A DNA stretch of 64,000 nucleotides, from contig JBEWZL010000156.1 in NCBI GenBank assembly GCA_045837725.1, positions 62,001 through 126,000 of the forward strand, in the 5' to 3' direction. The notes beneath the pieces are model-generated. The model was not told the DNA's origin and ran no database searches. It saw only the letters and a program-made list of their open reading frames with translations. A program made the translations under genes and the position numbers. The stretch's first letter is position 1, and each line of letters opens with the position of its first letter. Source of the DNA: Vermamoeba vermiformis. Its lineage: Eukaryota. This document shows positions 40,867 to 52,332 of this stretch, piece after piece.

Positions 40867-41212
40867 TGAACCTTCAATTCGTCTTTTCTTTTTCTCTTGG
40901 GACGTTGTATCGTCGCTATTCTCATCCACCTTCCTTTTCATTTCTGGTACTGCTTCTTGTCGGCAATTGTTTTTGTTTCAATTGTGTTCATTTGGTGCTT
41001 CTCCTGTCAAAAAATGTCTCGTTCGAATTTTGATCAGGGATTGCCTGTCGAACGAAAGTCTTTGTAGTGACATGAAGTGGGTTAAATTATCGTCACGAAT
41101 CATGACATCTTTTTAATGCTCTTAATACTTTCAAATTGGTCAAGTTCGTCATTACGAGCTTTTATCTGCGTGGGTTACCAAGGCTCGCAGTACTATAGTT
41201 GTTGATATCGTT

Positions 41213-44028
41213 TTACATATTTAAAAACACCAGAAAAACGGTGCAAAGACAAATCTCAGACCAAAATCTCGGCAAGGCAATAGTTGCATCAGAGGTAGCT
41301 GGCGCGTTTGATGAAGGCCCAGATGAACTTCTCGGCGAACCACTTGGCGAGACCGAGGCACTAGGTGACGGGACATAGTCTTTGATACCAACGATTTGAC
41401 CGCTAAGCTCTTTGCCGTTTAAACCTTAAGCGATGAAAATTAGCAACAGATCCGTCAGATTCACATCACAAAATCCTGCTTACTTTCAACTGTAACATTC
41501 TGTGGTGCACTAGTATCAGTATTGACTTGTTGAACAAATTCGTCTTGTTGATTTGCAACGAATTTTTGGACCACTTCAGCGGGCTGTTCTTCGACGTTCT
41601 GTTGATCTATAACCAGACCCGTTAGCATTATAGTAATATATGTATGACAGCAGGTACCTGGGGCAATAGCTAACTCAGCTTCAAGAGTTGAATCAGCTTG
41701 ATTGAAGTTTCGTTTCTTCGCGACAAGTGTCACACGGGCGTCACTGATTCCCGTCACTGAAACAAATTTGCTTCGAACAACTTCGCCGAATCCTGAGGGG
41801 AATTGGCCATCAGCACGCAGCTTGATAACGAAATTGATAGCTAGATAAAGAAATGAGACTCTTGTGGACCGAAAAATATGCACGTACTCGTCGGGCATAT
41901 AAGACTACTGTCGCCAAATGGAATAGGGACAGTATACGATTCTAAGGCCCAATAGCTATATCCTTGTATGTTCTTGCCGACGTTAAACTGTACTGATAAT
42001 GGATAGATCGGTCCACGGCCCACATCGAAATCTTCAATTGGTGTCGAATACTGTCAAAAAAATTAGCAAAATTGACAGGTTTTTTAGCTAGCATTAAACT
42101 TACTGGCGTGAAAGAGTTACGGTCTTGCGTCAGAGGGATCACGAATGCGTTTTGTTCGAGGTTGTTGTACGAAAAGAACGCGATGCCAGTGTCAGGATTG
42201 TAACACTCGAAGATTGGCACGACGTTTTGGATGGGCAGCGGTCTTAACCCGTACAATTTGTTATCGTGCACGATGGCAATCTCGCAATTGTTACCGTAGA
42301 TTGGCACACCCTATGCAAGCTAGGTGTCAGTCCATTTCCATATTAGGAAAGTTAACCGAAATCTGAACTTACCGTGACATTAGCGTTGGCGCTAAATACA
42401 ACGCCTTTAGGCAGTCTGCCGGTGACTTTGACTCCCCACGTGCCCCATTGACGTCCTTCAAAGTACACGTTGGATCCGCTGATACCTTTGGGGTACAGCA
42501 CGATGTTGTCAACTAGCGATAAAGTCAAAACAATAACTACTACTATTCGACTGATTGCACTTACGCTTAGAGAGAATAGGCTGAGCTATTGGCGGCCATT
42601 GAAAATAAGGTGCTGGTGTCGATGTAATGTATTCATAGCCAATTCGATCTATGAACTCCGCCTGAAAAACGAAGGTCAATAACTTTTGTTTGTCGTTATA
42701 TAAACTTTTCAAAGGTGCTTACTCGAGTTGCATTGTAGTAGTAATGCGCAAATGATTTTCCTTGATGAACCATAATAAAATTTTCAGTCATATCTTTAGA
42801 AAGGCCGTCGATGCCGCCATTAAGAGAATAATCGATATTATTAGAGCTATTAGACCACTAAATAAAATAAAATATGAGATGATAACTTCGCTAGAAGTTG
42901 TTACGCACGTCTACAACCAAAAAAGATTGTGTACCAAGAACGTAAAATAGTCCGTCTTCGAACCAAGCGCGAACTGGCGGTGAGGTACCTCCGGTAGCAA
43001 CTAGAGGGGGCGTACTATCTGAGTGAATAGGGTATTCTGGGAATGGACTTCTGTCCGTGACAACAATGCAAAATTCCGAGGTCGCGTTGGACCCTATTAC
43101 GACCTCAATAGGTCGGCCCTCTTGGTAGTTCGGAGCATTGGTGTCGAACAAATGCACATTAGAGTCCCAGTAGGTCAAGGAATAATCATTAACTGCGACC
43201 GCTCCCACGTTGGATCTGAGCATATACTTGCCGAAGGGCACGTACGACGAGGGTTTCGTAGCAGCCACGGTATGCGACGCTGTAACAAATGCGCTCATTG
43301 AACTTTCTTCTACGTATTCAGACCATGTTGCCGAGGCCATGTACATAAATCCATTAGCAACGTGAGTGAGGGAAGCTGGCGGATCCCCCGTCGGAATATA
43401 CCTATTGGGCCCAAAAAATTAATCCACGGTGATATTTAGAACATTATTATACCCGTAATCAGTAGTCGATAATGTTCCATTCTCGAAGTGTACTCGATAA
43501 ATTATATTAGTCGTCGCATTTTTTCCTTGTACGTAGATGTGATCCTTTAAAATTAAAATTAAACTTTGATATAAACGGTAATCGTAGGAAATTATTTTTA
43601 CCTCCGCATCCGTAGTAATTTCAGTACTGACGAAATCGAAGTCAAAGTTATCTGGCGGCCAAATCCAGGCAACATTCAAAACTGTTGACCTTCCGTTGGT
43701 CTGCGCCGGACAATGAAACTAATAAAATTAGTATAAATATCCAATTTACTATTTTTAAACACACGTTTAGCAATTATTAAACAGCGTGGAGAATTAGCAC
43801 GAATATTAAAGCAATATTTATTATCGTGCACAAAAAAGCGGTTATTATCGCTATTCTAGAATAGCAAGCTGCAATATTACTTACATTCCTATCGATTTTG
43901 TATGTTCTCTGCGCGTTTCCACCCAGGCACGGATAACCTGAGTTAGCAAGCACTTCGGCTCCGTTCACGATCGAGATCACTGCAATGAGTAGTCCCGCTG
44001 CGATAAAACACTGATCATACGTACGCAT
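41213..44028 (-). CDS. Surface-protein family copy 6
   Basis: MRTYDQCFIAAGLLIAVISIVNGAEVLANSGYPCLGGNAQRT, PLPIQNVVPIFECYN and AKKRNFNQ, followed by a Ser/Pro linker and ICLCTVFLVFLNM*. Confidence 0.85.
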
Positions 44029-44760
44029 GGGTGATATTTCGGATTAAAGGTTCGAAACAAGTGTGGTTAAGAAAGTTGGGCGAGATCCAAAAAAGTTTCT
44101 AGGGAGATTACTTACAGATTACTTGTTTGTTTGGCCTGTGTTTACAATATCTTTCAACATCCACCATAAATCGAATAAAAAGCAAACTTTTGAAACAAAT
44201 CCGACAATTTTTTGACGTCAAATAAATGCGATTTCTGAGTTTTCGGCAACGGTTTCGTTCTTTTTCTATTAAATTGGTCCGCGTCGTGCAATTGTCAATC
44301 GCTGTCCCAAAGCGACAATTGTCCTGCGTGATCCATTGTGATTTCGACAGATCTCCATAAACTACATTTTCGAAAGTATACTAGGTGTGATCCGAGCTCA
44401 ATCAACGTTCGTCTTCATTATTTGATGGATGGGATCAAGGAAATTGCTCATATTAGGCAATTCTTTTAAAAAGATTGAATTCTATTTCACCAGTTTTTCA
44501 GAATCAGAAGATGCACGACAACAATAGGGACCTATTTCTAGGACAGTAAATGATTTAACTCCTTATATATATTTTAAAAGTTTTCGGCGACCTGTCATCA
44601 AGGCTTCAAAATGTTTCACATTGAAATTTGGGTACTTTTTACTAAATTTACAATCACATCGTACACGTGGCCCGCAGGCATAAAAACCATCGCGGCGAAT
44701 CTTTTCATTTCATCTACCTCATACAATTCAATCAACAGCACACGCTACAAGTTATTGACA

Positions 44761-45535
44761 ATGAAGTTCGTTATTGCTTTGATTGCTCTCTTCGCCGCCT
44801 CCGCTATGGCCCAGACTACGTTTGCTGTCACCAGCATCTACTCCAACGATAATTGCACTGCTCTTGTTGGTCAATACGTGAATGCCGATACCTCCGTATG
44901 TACAAATCTGACAAAATTTTTGGTTTTGATCGCGATCTCACCCTTTTATTCATTAGGGATGCACTGCCAACGTCACCGTGTGCACTCAATTCGGCGCTGG
45001 TTCTGGCCACTTCTACTTGCAGGATTGCGCTGCTGCCTCTGTTCCCACATTCTCTTCTTACTGGGTTGTTGCAAGCCTTTGGGACGCCGGTTGCACTGCT
45101 GCTGGTGCTTGGCTCGCTGGTATGCCTGATACTTGCTTCATCTTCACCAACAATCCTGCTGCTCCCACTGCTTTCTTGGCTGCCAACCTCGGCTCTTGCT
45201 CTAGCAACACTTCATCTATCGTCAATGTTGCTTCTACCGACGGTGCCAACGCCGTGAGTGCCACTACTTGCACCACCTCACCTCTTATTTCCAACTTCAA
45301 CAACACTTACACTTGCGCTGCTTCTGGCATTACTGGCTTCAACTTTGCCTTGACTCAATGCCAGGAAACTGAAGCAGCTCCTACCGCTGAGCCCACAGCC
45401 GTGCCCACCACTGCAACTCCCACCGCCCCCACCGCCCCCACTACCCCCACTCACCCTACTGCCGCTCCTAAGGCCTCCTCTGCTGCCGCTTTGGCCGCTA
45501 GCGGACTTCTGTCTGTTGTAGCTTTGTTGCTCTAA
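44761..45535 (+). CDS. Small secreted Cys/Thr/Ala-rich protein with a PTA-repeat stalk and GPI-type tail (2 exons)
   Basis: MKFVIALIALFAASAMAQ...ADTS|GCTANVTVCTQF...PTAPTAPTTPTHPTAAPKASSAAALAASGLLSVVALLL*. Strong C/T-ending codon bias. Confidence 0.8.
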
Positions 45536-45753
45536 ACTTTTTTGCGATCCGATTGCAAATCAGTTCCTATTAAACTCAAATAAAAGTTGATTAGGTCGAT
45601 GAACGTTTCTTTAATATTAAATAACTAGAGTACGAGTGGTAACATTGCCGCGCCAAAAATTGCACGGGATGAAAACACAAACTTCATTGCTACGCCGTCA
45701 GATTTGCAATCCGCGGTGGAATATAATTAATTATATTCCCTAGATTGTAGGAT

Positions 45754-45791
45754 TGATTCGCGGCGCACTGATTCGCGGCGCACTGATTCGC
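45754..45791. repeat. 15-bp tandem repeat (tgattcgcggcgcac) x2.5
   Basis: Seen directly in intergenic DNA. Confidence 0.8.
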
Positions 45792-46675
45792 AGGTATTTT
45801 CGGGATCACCGCAAAATTTTTTTTGTACAATACCCAAAATTTCGAATGAATTTAAACAAATTTGATTCGAAGTAGTTCTTATCGTTGTAAAAATCAGTAT
45901 TACTGGAACCGATCTTTAGAATACTCGCACAATATATCAATCGCAAGTACCGCAAATGTTGTGTAGCAGCCGAGATTTCGTCAGAAGTTCGTACTCTCAA
46001 TTCGATTTACAAACGAACACAATTATTGAATACATATGAGAGTACGTAATCAACAACAGTATCCTTGCAAGGGTCGTTACGGTCCAGTGAAGTGGAGAAG
46101 GAATTGCGGAACGCGGACTTTTTAGATCTAGCATCGCGTTGGCTCAAAGTTGTTTTTAAAAGTTCGACTCGCGGGTACTCTAATTGAATATTGCAACATC
46201 TGTCACCTGCCTAACATCGGAGTTAAAATGTTACGAAAAAAACAAAAAATATCTGCGGACAAATACAAGCATTCACTTGCAACTGTCACAAGTATGTAAC
46301 GCAATTATACGCAGTTTGATGTTATAAACTGCTGTTCTTATTCACTTCCTTCAATTGGGTGTACCTAAAGACGGATCAGATGTGCCATTTTTTATGATGC
46401 CATTAAGCGTTCGAACCTACTCTGCGGCGGCAATCGTATTAATACTAATGAAGTACCTATTGTTCTTTCGGCACAGTCCACGGATCTGCGGAGCATTTTG
46501 ATCAGATTTGTTGTCAACAAGCTTTCACATTAAGACAGTTAAGTCCATTACTTACATAGCCGGACTGGGTATCCTCTGACTATAAGCGCATTTTATCCCA
46601 AGGAAGAATTGGTCCAATTGTTCGCTATCAGATCTAAAAGCGGGCGACACATCTAAAATTAATTGTACTTTATAC

Positions 46676-49379
46676 TTAGCTGATTAAACATAAAGCCAAC
46701 AACATTAGTGAAAATAAATAAAAGGTTGCATGTGTGGCTTCAGACGTAGGTTTGATGGGCTGATTCGTCGATCCAGGTGCAGATGTCGCGACAGGAGGTG
46801 CCAAAGGAACTGCTTTAGGAGGAATTGTTCCTTGCAAAGCCGTGCTAGGTTCTTTACCAGTAACATCTAAAGTAAACCAACTCAAGTTAACTTGTTGAGT
46901 TGGGCAAAAATGACTTGGGAAAACACTTACCCGTCTGAACATTAGACGGCGCGCCATCTGCTTCAGAAATTTTAGTGTTGAAATCTTGTTGTTGCGACGA
47001 AACGAAGTTTTGAACGACTGAACTCGGGTCAGGCTCCGTATTAGTGGCATCTATGAACAAAAGATTATTGAGCTATTTACTCGTTTTGACCATTCAAAGT
47101 AGCTTACCCGGATCTACTTGAAGCTCAGTCTCCAAGGTGCTGGTCTGAGTCACATCTCGCTTGCCAGTATTGACAACAGTGACACGATTGTCGCTGATGC
47201 CAGTGACATTTACAAATGTCGATCGAACGACTTCTTTGAAGCCAGCGGGGAACGGTGAATCGGCCGTCAAAGTGATTACAATATTAGCCGCTAATTATAA
47301 AGTGTTAAATATTATGCACGAGAGTAGTAAGCTGAACTTACATTGAGGGCAATAGAGGCTCGGGCTAACGGTGAAAGTCAACACGTAGTCTTCCAAAGTC
47401 CAAGTGTACGTAGCGTTCTCGAAGCCCAAGAACACTTGAAGCGACAGCGGGTATGCAGGACCACGGCCAGTAGCAAATGTTTTAACAGGAACAACATTCT
47501 GCGCGACAATTAGGAGTGCATATAAATAAAATAATGACGTACCAGGGGCGAGATGTTGTTACGATCGTCAGCACGTGGCAGAATGAAAGATTTAGACTCG
47601 AGGTTGTTGTAAGAGAAGAAGGCACGGCCGTCATTAGGATTGTAACACTCGACGATTGGCACGACGTTTTGAATGCGTAGTGGCTGGAGGCCGTACAGCT
47701 TTGGGCCTAACACCACAGCAGCTTGACAGTTATCGTGGAAGATTGGAGTTCCCTAAAAGTGCGTTAGCCACGTGGTCCATCTAAAATGCTAATCGCTAAT
47801 TAATAAAGTACTTGCCATCTGACCAAGGTCACCAATAGAAACACCCTGAGCCAATTGCCCAACGAGTTTAACTTGCCATGAACCCCATTCGAGACCCATG
47901 AATTCGACGTCAAACCCGATGTTGGATTGAGCGATAAACAAAGTATTGTCCACTGCAACAAGGTGATTAGATTATCATAATAATATGTTTTACGATTACT
48001 TTTAGACAAGATCGGCTGAGCTTGCAATGCAGCGGGAACTGGGCCGGTAAAATTCACCTCATTGATAATGTCCACGTAGAAAGTCTAATAGTCCACACTA
48101 TTAACATGTTTCACGAGCTAACTATTACTAATATTATCATTACGTACCTGCTCACCAATAGTCACTTGTGAGAACGATTGACCTTTGTAGTACATGAGCC
48201 ACGGAGCTCCACTGTAATAGTTGTTTTGATACTGGTTGTAAGATTTGCGGAATGTTTGAGTTCCATTGCTCTAATATACATATTCTATTAGTTAACGGGT
48301 TAAAAAAAATAAGGCGAAGGCTTACCAAATGGTACTTTAATAGCACGACTTCGACGGCTTGTATGACCAGCTCGTCATCTTCAATCCAAGCTCGTTTTGG
48401 ACTTTCGTTCATATTCACGGTCCAATTCGACGTTTGAATATAACTAACACCATCATTAGGATGCCAGCCAACGAGCACGATGGTATTATTTTTGTAGACC
48501 ATTGCGAGCACGGGTTGGCCAACAAAGAATTGTTGTAAATTCGTGTTGAAGACGTTGTTTACAGCGTCATAATATTGGATGGAAACGATGGTGGGGTCAG
48601 GAGGGTTAATGTTGCTTTCAATCATGTAGTTCGATGACCAGGGCACAAAAGACGATGGACCCGTTCCAGAAACTGCGTCCTGGAAATCATACAAAGCAAC
48701 CATAGTAGCGCTATTAATGACTGCTGTAGAGCCCGTCTTCGACATGTAAAATTTGTTGCCTTGTACGTGCGTTAAAACCGGATCGATGAAAGTAGTGGTT
48801 TGGTAGCTAAAGCAATATTGTTAATAAAGTTATTGCTAAAAATTTAATATCCTACTCTGCTGCAGCGCGCTGGCCGGTATTAATATCGATTTTAATAACT
48901 CGTTCGGTGGTATCGAATCCTTGTACGTAAATTTGCCCCTAGATAGAAATATTAAGCGTCATTTAATAATTGAAGCCGACTTACGAATTCATCAACAGTT
49001 ATCTCTTTGCTGGTAAAGCTAAAGATAACGTCGTCTGGAGGCCAAATCCATGCTGGATTCAGCACCGTGGTTTTTCCTCCGGACACCGTCGGGCAAAGAA
49101 ACTGCGTAAATGTAAATATAAGTAAATATTACTATTATTTAATAAGCGAACTTAAGATAAAGGCATTACTATTTTTTATGCAATTAATTAAAAATAACGG
49201 CTACCACTTACAGGGCGGTTGATCATGAAATTTCTTTCAGCGTTAGCACCTGCAGTTGGGTACCCAGAGTTTGCAAGTACCTCGGCATTAATATTTGGTA
49301 TAAGAAAGAGCATCGAACAGATGAGGATCGAGCAGACCGCCATTTGCTCACTTTTCTTCCTCCGATGCCGTGAGTCCAT
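46676..49379 (-). CDS. Surface-protein family copy 7
   Basis: MAVCSILICSMLFLIPNINAEVLANSGYPTAGANAERN, PLRIQNVVPIVECYN and TGKRDVTQ, ending FYLFSLMLLALCLIS*. The start is at 49379 or 49343. Confidence 0.85.
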
Positions 49380-49412
49380 CTGTGTTAATGACAAAAATAT
49401 TGACAACAATAA

Positions 49413-52178
49413 TTAAAATCTAAATTTGTTATTTATGGCAAGCGAACCGCCGAAATTTACTTTGCAAAACAGTAAAAATGGAATTCCAATGACAGCAACA
49501 ATACCGGAAAGGAAATTAGCTGTAGAAGGTACCGCTTGAGGTTCTTGCGAACTTTCTTGTGGCTCATTGGTCGGAATTGAAGGTGGGGCCGAAGGAGTTT
49601 CCTCTGTGGATCCGCGAATCTGGCTCGCTAACGGCTTCGTGGTAACGGCTGTATTATATTAGCTTATATAATTAAGTTGTAAATACTTACATGATACGGT
49701 GACATTGGCTGGAGCTCCGTCGGCAGCGCTAATCTGTTGGTTGAACGCATCTCGTTGGTTGGTGGCGAACTCTGTCACGACTTGTGCAGGAGAATTTTCC
49801 ACATTATTAGGATCTAATAATCACGTTAGTGTCAATAATAAAGTCATGATATGAAGGCACACACCAGGAGCAATAGAAAGTTCTGTTTCTAATTCGCTCG
49901 ATTGAGTGGTACTTCGCTTGGAGCTCGTGACAATTGTGACACGACTGTCACTAATTCCCGTCACAGAAACAAACGTGCTTCGCACCTTTTGATTAAAACT
50001 AGCAGGGAAAGGCGCATCGGCTGTCAAGACAATGGTCAAATTGACCGCTACAAGGGTAAGTTACGTTAGATCCGCATCCAAACAATACTTTACAAACACT
50101 TACTCGTAGGGCAATACAATTTAGAGTCCGAAGGATTGAAGCTAAGAAGGTAATTTTCGAGCTGCCAAGTGTAAGTACTGTTCTCCAACGGCAGAGACAA
50201 GATGTTGGACAAAGGATATGTGGGTCCATGACCGAGTTTAAACGATGTAATAGGAGTATCATTCTAACATAGCCGAGTTAATATAACATAGTAATGACGA
50301 GACCGAGTAGACTTACCACTGCTGCGACAAAGTTTCGGTCTTGGATGGCCGGAATCTGGAACTCGCGTTGTCCAAGATTGTCATACGAAAAGTATCCGAC
50401 ACCCCACTCAGGATCAATGCACTCGAGAATAGGCACGACATTTTGAATAGGCAGTGGCTCGAGAGTGTAGAGATTTTGATCGACTACAACGTGCATCTTG
50501 CAGTCTTCAGAGAAGATAGGAAAGCCCTGCCAAAAGTGTCAGCGCGACAATTTCTTAAAACAGAGGATCTAGGTCTCGATTACTTACAGTAGCACTATTG
50601 AACTCTGGTCCCACAGCCTTCATTTTAACGTCCCAGGTTCCCCAACCCAGGCCCCAAAATTCTAAATTTCCGCGATAAAGAGTAGTGATCACGACGTTGT
50701 CCACTAAAGTCAATCACGATTAATAAAGCATATCGACATATAATAGTATGATCGAGCTTCACCTGTAGAATAAGTTGGTTGGGTAAGCATTTCTCCAGTT
50801 CGTTCGACAATCAGTTCGTCGTTATAAAGGTCTGCAAAGGCATGCTACGAGTATGAATCGCAGTTAGTAATGAACAAAGTTCAAATTAAATAATTCCGTT
50901 CTTTCTACCTCATCACCAAGGCTGACATCAGCAAGCGATCGTCCATTATGATATAGAAATTTTGACGGATCTGACAAGCTGACACTCTCTCCAGTTACAA
51001 CAGTGACACCCTTCTCTTCCAAGATAACACCAGTTTCCTAAAAGGAAATCTCAGTAAACAGTTTATGGACTGACGTCCCACTTACGGCACTTATTCTGTA
51101 GATCTTCACATCAGTATTTTGCGTTATAGAAATGATTTCAGAGCCGTCTATCATCGCTTTAGCACTTTCTCGTGGCAGCGAACCATTGTAATACATAGAT
51201 GTGAAAGTGGCAGGTGAAGTGTTCGACGCAACAATCGGAAACTCGTGTGTCGCGTTCTTGTAGACCATAACAGGGGTAGTATAGCCAACAATAAAGTTAG
51301 GATTATTAGATACATCAACAGTATTCTCCGGCACTTTGATAAAGGTAAGCGCGGGATCTGTTTCGCTGCCGTCATTCGATAATCGGATCCAAGAGGAGCG
51401 ACGGACGAGGGACCAATAGAATTAAATACGTTATCTATCCTCGTATTTAACGATAAATCAGGGTTCCAAGCGAAGGTAGCGTTATCGTTGGCTGAATAAT
51501 AAAGACCGCCTTCCAAGTGAGTGTATACTGATTGCTCTAGTGGAACCGAGTTTGTCCTGCATGATACGATTAATTTCCTAGATAAATAATAGAAACTGAT
51601 TACATAGTGGTCAGGGAAGCGTTTCCAGATGAGTGAATCTTGAAAACTTTCGATTGCAGGCCATTTCCTTCAATGAAAACGTATCCAGCTAAATATATGT
51701 ATCCCTATAAAATAATTATAATATTTTCCAATGGTTTAATACGCACGTCAGCGTCCATAGTAATTTCTCGGTGTGCTACGGAGTCCCATTGGAGCGGAAA
51801 ATTGCTAGGCGGCCACACCCATGCTACATTTAATATGGTTGATTTACCGCCGGAGACGTTTGGGCATAAAACCTGCGTAACATCGCGGATTAGAAAAAGC
51901 AAAACTAAAAAACAAAATAAATCATGTTAATTAGTTCGCCTACTACTAATATTATAATTTAAATATTACCAAAAACAATCCTATTTGGTTTGAAAAGATT
52001 ATCTTTCGAGTCGAGTTGTTGCGTTCGTTTTTACCTTTCTGTTAAATTGATAATTTCGTTGCGGGTTTGCTCCGGCCATTGGATAACCGGAATCAGCTAA
52101 CTTCGCACTGTATACTACATTGACCAGCAAGATCTGGCCTAGAAGCAGCCAACAAAAAAATTCTTTACGATCCGGCAT
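49413..52178 (-). pseudogene. Surface-protein family copy 8, frameshifted
   Basis: MPDRKEFFCWLLLGQILLVNVVYSAKLADSGYPMAGANPQRN. The frame breaks near 51378 (APLGSDY / SNDGSETDPALTFIKV) and near 50838 (CATGCCCTTTGCAGAC), and the hydrophobic tail runs into a polar extension. Confidence 0.7.
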
Positions 52179-52332
52179 CGGACGCTTCAGAACAGAATTG
52201 TATTGCAATTACCGGTGTTTTGCAGCTTGCAAGCGAAAAGCGAAATCGATGTCGCAAGTCCCGATGGCAAAACGGGAGATTTACAACTTTGGTGACAGGA
52301 GCACGCAGTTGTCACGAGGGAATTTATCGAGA

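Noticed and set aside
42760-42800. Suspected frameshift in family copy 6
   Set aside because: Recounting the homopolymer gives an intact frame (MTENFIMVHQGKSF).
45600-46670. Possible gene or ncRNA in the 1-kb gap
   Set aside because: Only a short tandem repeat and a motif-less ORF were found, with no tRNA or rRNA-like structure.
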